Shown: positions 43,401 to 53,228 of the stretch, piece after piece
How positions within the stretch are numbered: the stretch's first letter is position 1
Layout: every line of letters begins with the position of its first letter
Source: an uncultured bacterium
GTDB lineage: Bacteria > Planctomycetota > Uabimicrobiia > Uabimicrobiales > JABWCH01
Reading direction: 5' to 3'
Assembly (NCBI GenBank): GCA_938003875.1
Contig: CALKWO010000414.1
Coordinates: forward strand, 8,565-72,564
Length of the DNA: 64,000 nt
The notes under the pieces: model-generated
Told to the model about the DNA's origin: nothing
Database searches by the model: none
What the model saw: the letters and a program-made list of their open reading frames with translations, nothing else
Program-made: the position numbers and the translations under genes

Positions 43401-46023
43401 GCTTGTTTCCGTCTTTGTCTATGGCTAAAATCTGAAAATCCAGAGAACGTCTGTTGGAAGCCTTTTCCTGTTTTACCTGCTGAACGCCAAGATAAACAGG
43501 ATAGGGGTAAACCAGAGCGGAATGGCTGGCAGTGGTCGAGCGTCCTCCTGTTTCATGCAATGTTCCCTGCACAATCATTCTGGCTATACCAGAAGATTTG
43601 ATTCTTTTAGGAAGTTCTAAGGAAAAGTTTTCTTTTCCGTCCTCTCCGAGAACCTTCTCTCCTTTTAACAGAGAAAAGGGAGCAAAATGACATTCAGGGT
43701 TTCCAAAAGTATAGTCTTTGTACTGCTTTGGCTGGAATTTTTCGCAGGAAAGCATAGCTTCATAGGATACCTTACGAGAAGAAGCAGGTGCTCCATGCAG
43801 GTGTTTCCCTAACAAATTTACTTCTACTTTATCTCCTGCCTTGCATTCCTGCCCTTCTATACCAATGTTCAGTTTATAGCGGTCAGGCATGAAGTTTTCT
43901 ACCTGGAAAGAGTATCTTCCCATAGCTTCCTTTGCTCCAGGTACCTGTACTATAGCTTCGTAGATTCCCGTCCTCGCTTCCGCAGGCACAGGCCAGACTA
44001 TTTCGCTCATGCCCTGTTCATTGCTTTTGAGCAAAGTATGGTAGATTTCTACATTATCAGGTCTTTTCAATCTCAGCTCCAACGGAAAGGATGGCGGAAC
44101 CTGACGATTGGCATCCCGAACAGCGCAGGCCAGATAAACGACTTCAGAGGGGCGATACACTCCCCTGTCTGAATACAAGAAAGCACGGTATGCAGAGCTT
44201 GTTTTATTCCCTTCTATATCGAAACGCACTGTGTTCCAGGGATGCTCTTCGATTTTCAATACATTGGAATCGTTTTCTCTGCAAACCTGTACCAGAAAGG
44301 GCACTGTGCCCTGGGGCATTTGGGGAAGAGGGATTCTGGCAAGGCCTGATTCATCGCTGGTGCTTTCACAAAGTTTTTGATTCTTGTTAGACCATAGCGT
44401 TACCCTGGCCTGAGAGATAACTTCACCCTGAGACAGAGAAGTGACCCAGCAATACAATGCCTGAGCATCTTTCTTGAGAGTAATTCCCAAATCGCTTATC
44501 ATCACAAAGCGTCCATCCTGCTCGGACTGTGTCTTGTCTCCTATGTGAAGATAGTACGCTCCTATGCCTGCATTTTCTCCCAAAATTTCGGGAAGAGAAA
44601 GGGTATTTTTTTGAAGCTCATTTTTTACAGGTAAAACAGGGAGCTCTTTTTGTGCAATGATTTCAGAATACAGGGAATGGTTGTCACCCGAAGAACTATG
44701 CTGCATATAGTGGAGAATATTGTTAGGGAAGACCCTGTACACTTTGGCTACAATCCCAGAGCAATTCATGCTCTCCATAGCGATTTTCTGTGTACCACGC
44801 AGATTCAGAATCTTTCCAGGAGAAGCAAACCGTAGCAGGCTCTCTCTGTTGGGGAAAAGGATATTCCTCGTAAATTCTTTATCCAGGAGATAGCCTCTTT
44901 TGCTTTTCATTCCTTTGGAGAGCGAAATGCAATAGCTTTGCCCTGGAATGAAATTGCCCGTAACTTTTATGCTATAGCTATATTTTTGATAGATATGAAC
45001 AGGAATTTCGGGTTTGATAGAAATAGCGGAGGCAATATCCTCCGCATCTATGGAATGGGAAAACACCATTTCCATGTAGCAATCTTCTGTAGAAGGGCTT
45101 TGGGGAGTGACATATTCCACAAGCAACTGGGGAAGAACAACGGAAAATTCCTTCATCACATCTTTTTCTATGCCTAAAGGCCCGCTTTTTCCTCTCAGCC
45201 CAGAAAGAATTTTGACAAAGAGCTTCTTTTGATTTTTGAGAAGATTGGTTTTGATATAAATTCTTGATCTGTCTTCTTTTCCATCTGCTTTTGTGATGGA
45301 AACAACTTTTAGGTTTCTTCCCAGATCGTCTTGCAGCAAAAGATGCTTTTCTAAATCTTGGGTAGACACTTCGTCATCAAAGGCGAGGTTTACATAGTAG
45401 GAATTTTCTTCATTTTCATATCCTCTTTCGCCATGAAAAGAAAAGAGGGTCAGAGGGGTCGAGTGAAAATAGTAGGGCGAAATTTTTTCCAGCCTGCTTC
45501 CATCCAGAGCCTGGATTTCTTTCTTTAAGGATATTTCATACCTTGTTGCTTTTGTCATAGCTTTTGTGGATAGTACGAGCAGCGTTCGATCAGAATTCCA
45601 CAAGGTTTGTACTGGCAAAGCAGGGGTAATATCAACCAGAGGCAAGGGTGTTTCTTTATCCATCTGCTCTGGGGTAGCCATAGGCCGATCAAAATGGATT
45701 TCTAAGGAAAGTCTGGACTCAGAGCCTGGGTTTTGCCTGTGTTCCAAAACTTTCAAGGAGGAAAGAGAATTCCTGTACATCCATTCTCTGGTCTGCATAC
45801 CAGCAAAAAAAACGATCATGCCCAAAAACATACAAAAGAACAGAAAACCTATATTTCTATGCTTTTTCAGAAACAGAGAATGAATACAGGCAAGAGAGTC
45901 CTTCCACAGTCCTGGAATTTCTGGGTTTTGCAAAAGAAATTTTTCAGGAGGCACGCTTGCCCCCTCTTTTGCATACCGTGCAATCGCCTGAGAAATCTTC
46001 TCTGAATTATGCTGATTTTCCAT
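40480..46023 (-). CDS. Bacterial alpha-2-macroglobulin family protein with a thioester, TM-anchored
   Basis: ~1847 aa from ATG 46023. Thioester motif GCLEQ (CLEQ at 41875-41886, minus strand) in GYPYGCLEQTTSRAF. N-terminal cytoplasmic segment plus TM IGFLFFCMFLGMIVFFAG. Confidence 0.9.
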   Translation of the reverse strand: MENQHNSEKISQAIARYAKEGASVPPEKFLLQNPEIPGLWKDSLACIHSLFLKKHRNIGFLFFCMFLGMIVFFAGMQTREWMYRNSLSSLKVLEHRQNPGSESRLSLEIHFDRPMATPEQMDKETPLPLVDITPALPVQTLWNSDRTLLVLSTKAMTKATRYEISLKKEIQALDGSRLEKISPYYFHSTPLTLFSFHGERGYENEENSYYVNLAFDDEVSTQDLEKHLLLQDDLGRNLKVVSITKADGKEDRSRIYIKTNLLKNQKKLFVKILSGLRGKSGPLGIEKDVMKEFSVVLPQLLVEYVTPQSPSTEDCYMEMVFSHSIDAEDIASAISIKPEIPVHIYQKYSYSIKVTGNFIPGQSYCISLSKGMKSKRGYLLDKEFTRNILFPNRESLLRFASPGKILNLRGTQKIAMESMNCSGIVAKVYRVFPNNILHYMQHSSSGDNHSLYSEIIAQKELPVLPVKNELQKNTLSLPEILGENAGIGAYYLHIGDKTQSEQDGRFVMISDLGITLKKDAQALYCWVTSLSQGEVISQARVTLWSNKNQKLCESTSDESGLARIPLPQMPQGTVPFLVQVCRENDSNVLKIEEHPWNTVRFDIEGNKTSSAYRAFLYSDRGVYRPSEVVYLACAVRDANRQVPPSFPLELRLKRPDNVEIYHTLLKSNEQGMSEIVWPVPAEARTGIYEAIVQVPGAKEAMGRYSFQVENFMPDRYKLNIGIEGQECKAGDKVEVNLLGKHLHGAPASSRKVSYEAMLSCEKFQPKQYKDYTFGNPECHFAPFSLLKGEKVLGEDGKENFSLELPKRIKSSGIARMIVQGTLHETGGRSTTASHSALVYPYPVYLGVQQVKQEKASNRRSLDFQILAIDKDGNKQNLSSLEVKVYKTNWYWSRESHDEDGGYRYIQKNTEIHREERELPEGTAEYSFTPEDYGDYVLSLTDKQSGSSTTMQFSSWGNAAGSRKVEKEYLLLTLDKKEYKIGEKATIQIVSPLDGIALVCLEREKVFSTQVVKVQNGSASVSFPIEKEYIPNVYCTATVVKSTLKDPLYRAYGICSLPLNLGEKKIGMELSLPEKARPKDRVEVSLSLSLDGKPLSDAYITLAAVDEGICSLTQFKTPDPFACFYGKEALQVVSSDMYRQILAETPPGGDTAYLSNRRTKQPLSGKNKSVAIWIGGLKSDEEGKVKTFLTIPDYIGQIRFMAVAFCKDAFSSKQSSLSVTLPALLEVSTPRFAAWGDDFLVTASLRNQTGKTEQGILSLTASHGLRLTGEQRISQEIENTKESIYRFWVHCDEKSQEGNLSFQGSLGEEKLEKTISLMLRPSRSLVENVQIGSMASQGVHSVKTQGEWMSGTGEVSMTVSRKPLLSFGSSLEYLLGYPYGCLEQTTSRAFPLLYLQDILSLLPARNQKLQNKQDIPYYISAAIHRLMLMQTSEGCFSMWPGYDYSYPWGSVYAGHFLVEASKKGYEVPDHCMKDLLAWLRKKLSQNCDDRFDYEVRAYAAYVLACAEKIAYSDMAHIVEKKWDFSSLEAQFVYAAAAKLGKGVLASSLPIAKAQKQEEQETGGNLNSSARNQAIALLVALENTPDHPSLGNIVASLMESASQGCWANTQENSWALLALGKYFQNFSHEENNAFSGKIYHNNTLLAEFDGENDAKILFPCDQETSINIETSGKGFFYRLTSRGIPQSTMVQEKQQGITVKRYLLNEEGNPLEENTIQHGELVFLAIQIQGKSHYKNLALEQLLPAGMEAENPRLANTNQLERNFRGFRESLSQKTKSFGIRTLSLDHIEILDDRAYLFFDMNWEGNSILYLPLRAISPGTFSFPATQVSCMYSPNIQGNTSSSTLKIEE

Positions 46024-46218
46024 AAAGACCCCTTTCTTAATATACTTTTCATGGCTAAAAACAAATGTAATATATTTTTTATAAAAATATATTTTTAAAT
46101 ATACTTTATTAAAGTATAAAATAAAAAGGGCAATGTCAATCAGAAAATTTTTTTGAAAAGTCGATTTTAGAAAAGCAATCACTTGCGCTGCATACAGAGT
46201 CAAATAATATGCGATTTA

Positions 46219-46328
46219 AACCACAGATGAACACAAATGAACGCAGATAATTTTTAAACTTCGTGTTCTTCGTGTTCTTTGTGGTAAAATTTTTTATTTA
46301 TTTGTGTTTATCTGTGTTTATTTGTGGT
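46219..46328. repeat. Word-built hairpin element (words CACAGAT/CACAAAT) with a nested half-element
   Basis: Left arm AACCACAGATGAACACAAATGAACGCAGATAA (46219-46250), right arm TTATTTGTGTTTATCTGTGTTTATTTGTGGTT (46297-46328). The interior carries CTTCGTGTTCTTCGTGTTCTTTGTGGTAAAATTTTT. Confidence 0.8.
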
Positions 46329-46366
46329 TCTTTATTTATGTATGCAATCCATCCGAGATGTGCTGT

Positions 46367-46412
46367 AAAAAAAAAAATCGCAGAGAAGAGCCTTCCTCTC
46401 TGCGATTTTTTT
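46367..46412 (-). terminator. Bidirectional intrinsic terminator downstream of groEL
   Basis: A11, stem TCGCAGAGA (46378-46386), 10-nt loop, stem TCTCTGCGA (46397-46405), then T7. It lies 24 nt past the groEL stop. Confidence 0.75.
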
Positions 46413-46435
46413 AGATTCAGAAAAATTTCAATGGT

Positions 46436-48082
46436 TTAATACATTCCGTGCATTCCAGGGTGCATTCCGCCTGCTTGTGGGCCAGCGGGTTTCTTTTCTT
46501 CAGGAATTTCACTGATGATAGCCTCTGTGGTCAAGAGCAGTCCAGCGATGCTGGCAGCATTTTGCAATGCGCATCTTGTGACTTTGGTAGGATCGATGAT
46601 GCCTGTCTTTACCATATCTACATACTGGTTGCTTTCAGCATCATAGCCAAAATTCTGTTCTTTTTCACTCAGGACTCTTTGGGCAACAACAGCACCATCA
46701 ATTCCTGCATTGGCAGCGATCTGACGCAAAGGAGCTTCCAGGGCGCGGAAAACAATGTCTACGCCAGTCAGTTCATCACCACTGAGTGTTTTCTTGAGAT
46801 CTTCCAATACGGTTCTTGCTCTCAGAATAGCGACTCCTCCACCAGGAAGAATTCCTTCTTCTACTGCTGCTCTGGTTGCATGGAGTGCATCTTCTACTCT
46901 TGCTTTTCTTTCTTTCATTTCGACTTCTGTGGCAGCACCGACATGGATTTCTGCTACTCCGCCTGCCAGCTTGGCAAGTCTTTCCTGGAGCTTTTCTCTA
47001 TCATAGTCTGAAGTGGTAATGTCGATTTCTTTGCGGATTTGTGCAATGCGTGCCTGTATGTCTTTGGGCTTTCCAGCACCTTCAATCAAAATGGTATCTT
47101 CTTTGCTGACAATGACTTTTTTAGCACGACCAAGATCTGCCAAACCTAGACTTTCCAGGGTGATTCCTAAATCTTCGAAAATAGCTTTGCCATTGGTCAG
47201 AATAGCAATATCTTCGAGCATGGCTTTACGACGATCACCGAAACCAGGAGCTTTTACTGCGCAGCATTGGAAAATTCCTCTGAGCTTATTCACAACCAGA
47301 GTTGCCAAAGCTTCGCCTTCCATATCTTCCGAGATAATCAGAAGGGGTTTGCCTGCCTGGGCTATTTTTTCTAAAAGAGGCACTAAATCTTTGATAGAGG
47401 TGATTTTTTTCTCGTGTATTAAAATATAAGGATCTTCGAGAACGCATTCCATTTCCTGGGGATTGGTAACAAAATGAGGAGATATATAGCCTTTATCGAA
47501 CTGCATTCCTTCTACCAGTTCTACTGTAGTATCCAGACTTTTGCCTTCCTCTACTGTGATAACGCCGTCTTTGCCTACTTTTTCCATTGCATCTGCTATA
47601 ATTTCACCTATTACTCTATCATTATTCGCAGCAATGATTCCGACTTGAGCAATTTCTTTCTTGTCTTTAATTGTAATGCTCATTTTTTCCAATTTTTGGA
47701 TAATAGCAGCAACAGCTTTATCTATTCCTCTTTTTAATGCCATAGAATTGGCACCAGCAACTACATTTTTCAGACCTTCTTCAAAGATAGCCTCTGCCAT
47801 AACAGTAGCAGTCGTTGTTCCATCTCCTGCGACATCAGATGTTTTGGATGCTACTTCTCGAACCATCTGAGCACCCATATTTTGATAGGAATCTTCCAGC
47901 TCGATCTCTTTTGCAACTGTAACACCATCTTTGGTAATCAGAGGAGCACCATAACTTTTTTCCAGAATAACATTTCTTCCACGAGGACCCAGAGTGGATT
48001 TGACTGCACGTGCTAATATCTTGACTCCCTTGCGTATGGATTCGCGAGCTTCCAGATCAAAGGCTATTTTCTTCTTCGCCAT
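46436..48082 (-). CDS. groL: Chaperonin GroEL
   Basis: 548 aa. [13 protein letters not shown]..., [17 protein letters not shown], with a Gly/Met-rich tail. Confidence 0.97.
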   Translation of the reverse strand: MAKKKIAFDLEARESIRKGVKILARAVKSTLGPRGRNVILEKSYGAPLITKDGVTVAKEIELEDSYQNMGAQMVREVASKTSDVAGDGTTTATVMAEAIFEEGLKNVVAGANSMALKRGIDKAVAAIIQKLEKMSITIKDKKEIAQVGIIAANNDRVIGEIIADAMEKVGKDGVITVEEGKSLDTTVELVEGMQFDKGYISPHFVTNPQEMECVLEDPYILIHEKKITSIKDLVPLLEKIAQAGKPLLIISEDMEGEALATLVVNKLRGIFQCCAVKAPGFGDRRKAMLEDIAILTNGKAIFEDLGITLESLGLADLGRAKKVIVSKEDTILIEGAGKPKDIQARIAQIRKEIDITTSDYDREKLQERLAKLAGGVAEIHVGAATEVEMKERKARVEDALHATRAAVEEGILPGGGVAILRARTVLEDLKKTLSGDELTGVDIVFRALEAPLRQIAANAGIDGAVVAQRVLSEKEQNFGYDAESNQYVDMVKTGIIDPTKVTRCALQNAASIAGLLLTTEAIISEIPEEKKPAGPQAGGMHPGMHGMY

Positions 48083-48135
48083 AAACTATTCTCCTTAATT
48101 TTATTATTTTTCCAAAGGAACTGTTTTAAAATAAT

Positions 48136-48420
48136 CTATTTAATGATGGCTAAAATTTCGTCTTCCGAAAGAATCAGATACTCTTCTCCTTCTACTTTGA
48201 CTTCTGTTCCTGCATAGGAGGTAAAAAGTACTCTGTCATTTTCTTTGACTGTAAAGGCAGCTCTTTGTCCATTGTCCAAAAGCTTTCCTTCACCTAACGC
48301 TATAACTCTACCTTCCTTTGGTTTTTCTTTAGCTGTTTCTGGAAGAACTATGCCACCTTTTGTTTTTTCTTCTGCTTGCAAACGTTTAAGTAAAATTTTA
48401 TCTCCAATAGGTTTAATCAT
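48136..48420 (-). CDS. groS: Co-chaperonin GroES
   Basis: 94 aa. MIKPIGDKILLKR...GGIVLPETAKEKP.EG.V.A.G. It lies 53 nt upstream of groEL. Confidence 0.95.
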   Translation of the reverse strand: MIKPIGDKILLKRLQAEEKTKGGIVLPETAKEKPKEGRVIALGEGKLLDNGQRAAFTVKENDRVLFTSYAGTEVKVEGEEYLILSEDEILAIIK

Positions 48421-48711
48421 TATAGCTTCTCCTTTTAATTACCAGGGAATCATCCCCTAGTGTAAAATACTAACCCAGAAGGGTAAAAAAAGACTTTTTT
48501 CTAAAAAATATATTGATTTAATATATGCCTTAGCAAAAAAAGTGCCTAATTTTATTTTTTTTTAGAAAAAATATAATTTGTTGATTCAGAAAGAATTAGA
48601 GAAACTAAAAAAAATATGCTATAAAATATCCTGGTCAAAATGACATTTTTTTATAAGGATATGGTCATTGTGGCAAAAATTTCAAAATTGCTTTTTAGCT
48701 GGATTTATAGT

Positions 48712-48741
48712 TTGACAAAGTTGAAAATTTTGTGATAGAAT
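48712..48741 (+). promoter_or_regulatory. Candidate extended -10 sigma70 promoter for the mlaF-like operon
   Basis: TTGACA (48712-48717), 18-nt spacer ending in TGA, TAGAAT (48736-48741). Confidence 0.45.
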
Positions 48742-48883
48742 TCTGCAATTAAAAGAAATTTTAAAGTCTGTGTTAGCCAAAATTCTATTCTAACATTTTC
48801 CTGTGGTTTACCGATAAATAAATACCACAGAATCTGTTAGAACCAGCCAAAATCAGGTTGTACATACTTCAAGAGAAGTTAGA

Positions 48884-49654
48884 ATGATAAAATTAAAAAA
48901 TGTTTATAAAAAACTAGGCAACAAACAGGTTCTTGATGGCGTAAACTTCGAAGTAGAAGAAGGAAGCACTTATGTTATCATTGGACGCAGTGGTACAGGC
49001 AAAAGCGTTACATTGAAAAACATCATCGGACTTCTCACGCCTGATAAAGGAGAAGTGGAAGTGTTGAACGAGAAAGTCCATGAACTTTTGCCTCGCCAAT
49101 TTTATGAACTACGCAAGAATATTGGTGTCCTTTTTCAAAGTGGTGCTCTAATCAACTGGCTTAGTGTAGAAGAAAATGTCGCTCTGCCTCTTTGGGAGCA
49201 TGAGCGATTTTCTGCTGCCAAAGTCAAAGAAATTGTCAGAGAAAAGCTTGCCCTTGTTGATCTTGCAGGCGTTGAGCATCTTATGCCTTCTTCTTTATCG
49301 GGAGGAATGAAAAAAAGAGTAGGGCTGGCACGTGCCATTGTCAGAGATCCTAAAATTATTCTTTATGATGAGCCAACAAGTGGGTTGGACCCTGTAATGA
49401 GCAGCCAGATCAATGAATTGATTCTGTCTTTACAGCAAAAGCTCAATGTTACATCTATTTGTGTTACTCATGATATGAATTCTGCCTATATGATAGCCAA
49501 TAAGATTGGTATGCTATATGAAGGAAAAATCATTGAAGAAGGAACTCCTCTGGAAATAAAAAATACCAGAAACCCTATCGTCAGGCAGTTTATCGAAGGA
49601 AATACAAAAGGGCCATTAACGCAAAACAGCAAAGAAGGAGACGAATTACTATGA
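48884..49654 (+). CDS. ABC transporter ATP-binding protein, MlaF-like
   Basis: GRSGTGKSV, LSGGMKKRVGLARA, IILYDEPTSGLD. Its stop overlaps the start of the MCE-domain gene (ATGA). Confidence 0.88.
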   Translation: MIKLKNVYKKLGNKQVLDGVNFEVEEGSTYVIIGRSGTGKSVTLKNIIGLLTPDKGEVEVLNEKVHELLPRQFYELRKNIGVLFQSGALINWLSVEENVALPLWEHERFSAAKVKEIVREKLALVDLAGVEHLMPSSLSGGMKKRVGLARAIVRDPKIILYDEPTSGLDPVMSSQINELILSLQQKLNVTSICVTHDMNSAYMIANKIGMLYEGKIIEEGTPLEIKNTRNPIVRQFIEGNTKGPLTQNSKEGDELL

Positions 49655-50850
49655 AGAAGTTGAGCCAGGATTTTTTGGTAGGCATCCTATTTTTTTCAGG
49701 TCTTGTTTTGGTTGGAATATTTACTGTTGTCATCAAAGACCTTCCTACTTTAAAAGGTACATACGGAAAACTTTCTGTAATTTTTGATCGCGTTTCAGGG
49801 CTGGAAAAAGGGCATAAAGTATTGGCATCGGGAATGGAAGTAGGGCAGGTTTCTGAACTGGATCTGCAAGAAGACGGAAGCGTTAAAGTAGGGATCAATC
49901 TCACACATAAGCTCAAACTCTATAAAGGTTATAAGATTAGCGTTAAGGATGCCAGTGCGTTGGGTGGAAAGTATGTCAACATCGAGCTAGGCAGCCAGGA
50001 AGAAGGCCCTATCTCCGTAACTCCTTTAGGATATATGGAAGATAAGCTAACTCCGCTGGATGGTTCTGCACAGCCTGGGCTATTGGATGATCCTAATCTA
50101 AGAGAAACCATGCAATATCTGAAAAGCATTGCAAAAAAAATTGACCAGGGAAATGGTACTGTAGGTTTGCTCATCAACCAAAGAGAGATTTATGATGATA
50201 TAAAAAAAGCCGCTAGCAATATAAGGGAAATCACTGACCAGATGCGCAGTACACAAGGAACTATTGGTAAATTGCTTTACGATCATCAGCTTTATGACAA
50301 AATCAACAAGATTGTCAGCAATGTAGAGGACATAACAGAAACAGTCAGGAGCGGTAGGGGGACTTTAGGTAAATTGGTGAATGATGACGCACTCTATATC
50401 AATGCTAAAGATACATTGGCCGATGCCAAAAAGACTATGGCAAACCTGAGCGAAATCACAGACCAGGTAAAACAAGGAAAAGGCACAATAGGCAAACTTT
50501 TTACGGACGAAAAAGTATATAATGAACTGGAACGAGCCTTGTCAGATGCGCGAACAATGATGAACAACATCAATGAAATAGCCAAACAAATCAACAGTGG
50601 ACAGGGGACATTCGGCGTTCTTTTAAAGGACGAAGAAACAGCAAAGAACATCAAGGAGACTCTTGCTAACATTAAAACCGTTTCCCAACGTCTTGAAAAG
50701 GGGGAAGGAACCGTAGGTAAGCTCCTTTCTGATGATACTCTCTATAAGGAAATCCGCAGAGTGGTAAAGAGTATTTCGGATTCTATGGAAGATGCAAGAG
50801 AGCAGGTTCCTATCACAACATTCACAGGCTTATTGTTTAAGGCATTTTAG
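49651..50850 (+). CDS. MlaD/MCE-domain protein with six C-terminal 34-41-aa repeats
   Basis: N-terminal TM plus MCE core (SVIFDRVSGLEKGHKVLASGMEVGQV). The repeated unit is G.GT.GKL..D..LY......(17-20 aa).I. Confidence 0.85.
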   Translation: MKKLSQDFLVGILFFSGLVLVGIFTVVIKDLPTLKGTYGKLSVIFDRVSGLEKGHKVLASGMEVGQVSELDLQEDGSVKVGINLTHKLKLYKGYKISVKDASALGGKYVNIELGSQEEGPISVTPLGYMEDKLTPLDGSAQPGLLDDPNLRETMQYLKSIAKKIDQGNGTVGLLINQREIYDDIKKAASNIREITDQMRSTQGTIGKLLYDHQLYDKINKIVSNVEDITETVRSGRGTLGKLVNDDALYINAKDTLADAKKTMANLSEITDQVKQGKGTIGKLFTDEKVYNELERALSDARTMMNNINEIAKQINSGQGTFGVLLKDEETAKNIKETLANIKTVSQRLEKGEGTVGKLLSDDTLYKEIRRVVKSISDSMEDAREQVPITTFTGLLFKAF

Positions 50851-50852
50851 TC

Positions 50853-51746
50853 ATGGGAACATTCATCAAGCCAAACATTTATATGTCGGAAAGAACAGTA
50901 GCGATTCTAGGAGATGAAAGCATCACCCTGATAGAGCCAGGATATGATGTTGTTGTATCAGGAAAATACCAGGGGAGTTCTATAGAAGATGTTCTGAACT
51001 TGAGCCAGTCTATACATAAACCTGTTCGCTATATTGCCTTCTCTCATGCGCATGGTGACCATGTTGGTAATTTGCCATTCTATCTGAAAAGAATTCCAGA
51101 ACAGCCTTTTTTGATAGGCCATGCCAATAGCCCTATTTTTACAAAGCTGGAACAATCTGCCTTGATCAATCCTAAAAAATTTATCAAGGTATCCCAGGAA
51201 AAGCAGATAGAATTTTTAGATAATAAAGAATATCATTTTTTATCTACTCCAGGGCATAATAGTTCCCTGGATGATATTTCTATCTTTTTCCCAGAACAAA
51301 AAATTTTATTCCTGGGAGATTTGTATCAACCCCAGGGCAGTCTATATGAAAAAAGCGATGGTGTCAGCCCTGTGCCATTTTTCTATGATGGAAATGCTTA
51401 TCTTTCTTCTTTGAAGAGACTTATGGAAACCAAATTCGACATGATAATTACAGGCCATGGAGAAATCTTGAATGAAAAAAATGGTTATAATGGCCTTTTT
51501 GTGACCTATCGCTGCATCCAGCGGATTCAACAACTTTCAGAGCAATATGTAAAAAACTATGCTAAACAAGGTTCTGAAATACTTTGTGAAAAGGTTTATG
51601 ATAGTATAGTGAAAGAAAGAAACTACGATTTGCAGCGTGCCCAGGCAAGAAAGAACAGGCAGGACTATCATGGCAAATGCGACTATGAAATGTATGATAG
51701 GCCTGGAATTTTATCTTTTATTATGGAGTTCCTTTCTAAGAATTAG
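50853..51746 (+). CDS. MBL-fold metallo-hydrolase
   Basis: HAHGDHVGN (HxHxDH), a later TPGHN, and GH near the C-terminal part. Confidence 0.8.
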   Translation: MGTFIKPNIYMSERTVAILGDESITLIEPGYDVVVSGKYQGSSIEDVLNLSQSIHKPVRYIAFSHAHGDHVGNLPFYLKRIPEQPFLIGHANSPIFTKLEQSALINPKKFIKVSQEKQIEFLDNKEYHFLSTPGHNSSLDDISIFFPEQKILFLGDLYQPQGSLYEKSDGVSPVPFFYDGNAYLSSLKRLMETKFDMIITGHGEILNEKNGYNGLFVTYRCIQRIQQLSEQYVKNYAKQGSEILCEKVYDSIVKERNYDLQRAQARKNRQDYHGKCDYEMYDRPGILSFIMEFLSKN

Positions 51747-51833
51747 ATGGATGTAAAGGAATCAGGATTAAATAACTTACCCATTGCGATGATAAAGAAA
51801 TAAGTGCAATAAAAAAAGTTAGTTTTTTCCCTC

Positions 51834-51888
51834 AGGCTGAAGCAGTTCTATTACATAGCACTGCTTAGCCTGCACAGGCTTCTTTTTG
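51834..51888 (+). repeat. Cassette-flanking hairpin, copy 1
   Basis: Stem AGGCT[G]AAGCAG (51834-51845) / CTGCTTAGCCT (51861-51871) with a bulged G. Loop TTCTATTACATAGCA, tail GCACAGGCTTCTTTTTG. Confidence 0.8.
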
Positions 51889-52131
51889 TATATGCCGATT
51901 GTGTTATAGAAGTTGAACCTTATAATATAATCTTTATAGAGCTAAAAACTTCATAACTAATTATTTTATATTGATTTTTCTTTGAAAAAGTATATGCTTA
52001 TAAGAAATATATACATATATAATTTGCCAATGTTAAATTCAAAAGGCAAGCATAAAAAACAGAGAAGAATATATAAAACAGATAAAAAATTACACAGTTA
52101 AAATAAAAAATTATAATTTAATGGCGGATGA

Positions 52132-52617
52132 ATGGTAGACAACAAAATTTTTATTTATTTACGTCTAAGAGATGATAAAAAAATATTAGGAAAAACCAGA
52201 ATTCGTGAGTTTGCAGGGATAACAAAACTCCTGGCAGATTTTATTCAGGAAATTTGGGAAAAATTTGGTCTGGAAACTTTAAAAATTGCGACTTTAGAAT
52301 ACATGGATGCCAATTCTGATATGGTGTTGATTTCTTTTAGACATGATATAGTAAAACAGCAAATGATCATTGCTGGGCTTATTCCCAAAGAATATCAGAG
52401 CAGGATGCTGAATGAAGAGGAAGTCAAATTGAAAGTACCATTAGAAGAATTTTTACAAAAAAATATTGATGGGGTAACCTCTAAACATAGCGCAGTTTTA
52501 AAAAAAAGAATGGAACAAAGTATACCTAACATTTTGTCTTTAATAAAAAAAAATATAAATGAGAATGGAGAATTTTATATCGCGTTGAATAATAATCCAT
52601 ATCCTTTAGAATTTTAG
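52132..52617 (+). CDS. Hypothetical protein (no family recognised)
   Basis: 161-aa ORF in a very AT-rich island. No TM helices and no motif recognised. Confidence 0.55.
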   Translation: MVDNKIFIYLRLRDDKKILGKTRIREFAGITKLLADFIQEIWEKFGLETLKIATLEYMDANSDMVLISFRHDIVKQQMIIAGLIPKEYQSRMLNEEEVKLKVPLEEFLQKNIDGVTSKHSAVLKKRMEQSIPNILSLIKKNINENGEFYIALNNNPYPLEF

Positions 52618-52653
52618 CAATTTATATCATAAAAAACTGATAAGGAGTATCTT

Positions 52654-53160
52654 ATGAATTGTAAAAGTTGTGGTAATTCCAATGTTGCAGATAGTATTGT
52701 ATACGGCTATTCTGTCAAGGAATGCCAGGTGTGTGGATATTTATATGGAGAAAGTACAATTTTAAAAAAAATCGAGGAGTTAAATAAAGCTAAAGAAATG
52801 GGCATAGATCCTGTGATTTATCCTTTACATACTTTATTGTCCAAAGTGGCAAATTTTAAGATAGAATATTCTTGCCCAGGCTTTCCAAAAGAAAAGATTG
52901 CACCCTATATATCTTTTTCGATATTGGATTCTAAACTAAATGCATTGGAACAACTTATACAAGCCTTGATACAAGCTAATAAAAAAACAAAAGTTCATTG
53001 GATGGTGGAAGTAACTTTTCAGAAGCAGTTGCTTTATATTCTTAAGCCTAATTTCCATCACGACCCTTATCATATTTCTGTAGAGCAAATCAGTATTTCT
53101 CAAAAAGACATTGAAATTTTAGCAAAAGAAATAGAAGAAAAATTTCAAATAGTGTTTTAG
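52654..53160 (+). CDS. Hypothetical protein with an N-terminal CxxC...CxxC zinc ribbon
   Basis: 168-aa ORF. CKSCGN..(17 aa)..CQVCGY. AAGGAG-like RBS (TAAGGAGTATCTT ATG). Confidence 0.6.
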   Translation: MNCKSCGNSNVADSIVYGYSVKECQVCGYLYGESTILKKIEELNKAKEMGIDPVIYPLHTLLSKVANFKIEYSCPGFPKEKIAPYISFSILDSKLNALEQLIQALIQANKKTKVHWMVEVTFQKQLLYILKPNFHHDPYHISVEQISISQKDIEILAKEIEEKFQIVF

Positions 53161-53228
53161 TCAAAATGTTGTTGAACATATTTCAAGAGAAGATATAAAT
53201 AGTGTCTTCTTTAAAAGTATGCTAGAAC

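Noticed and set aside
40450-46005. Many plus-strand ORFs (e.g. 40450..41019, 41269..41658, 42607..43050, 45566..45883) antisense to the alpha-2-macroglobulin gene
   Set aside because: All lie inside a 5.5-kb gene that has clear family motifs on the minus strand. Their translations are Cys/Phe/Arg-rich and have no motifs.
48530-48549. CIRCE-like sequence TTAGCAAAAAAAGTGCCTAA upstream of groES
   Set aside because: Only the outer TTAGCA/..CTAA halves resemble CIRCE (TTAGCACTC-N9-GAGTGCTAA). The arms are too short and the spacing is wrong.
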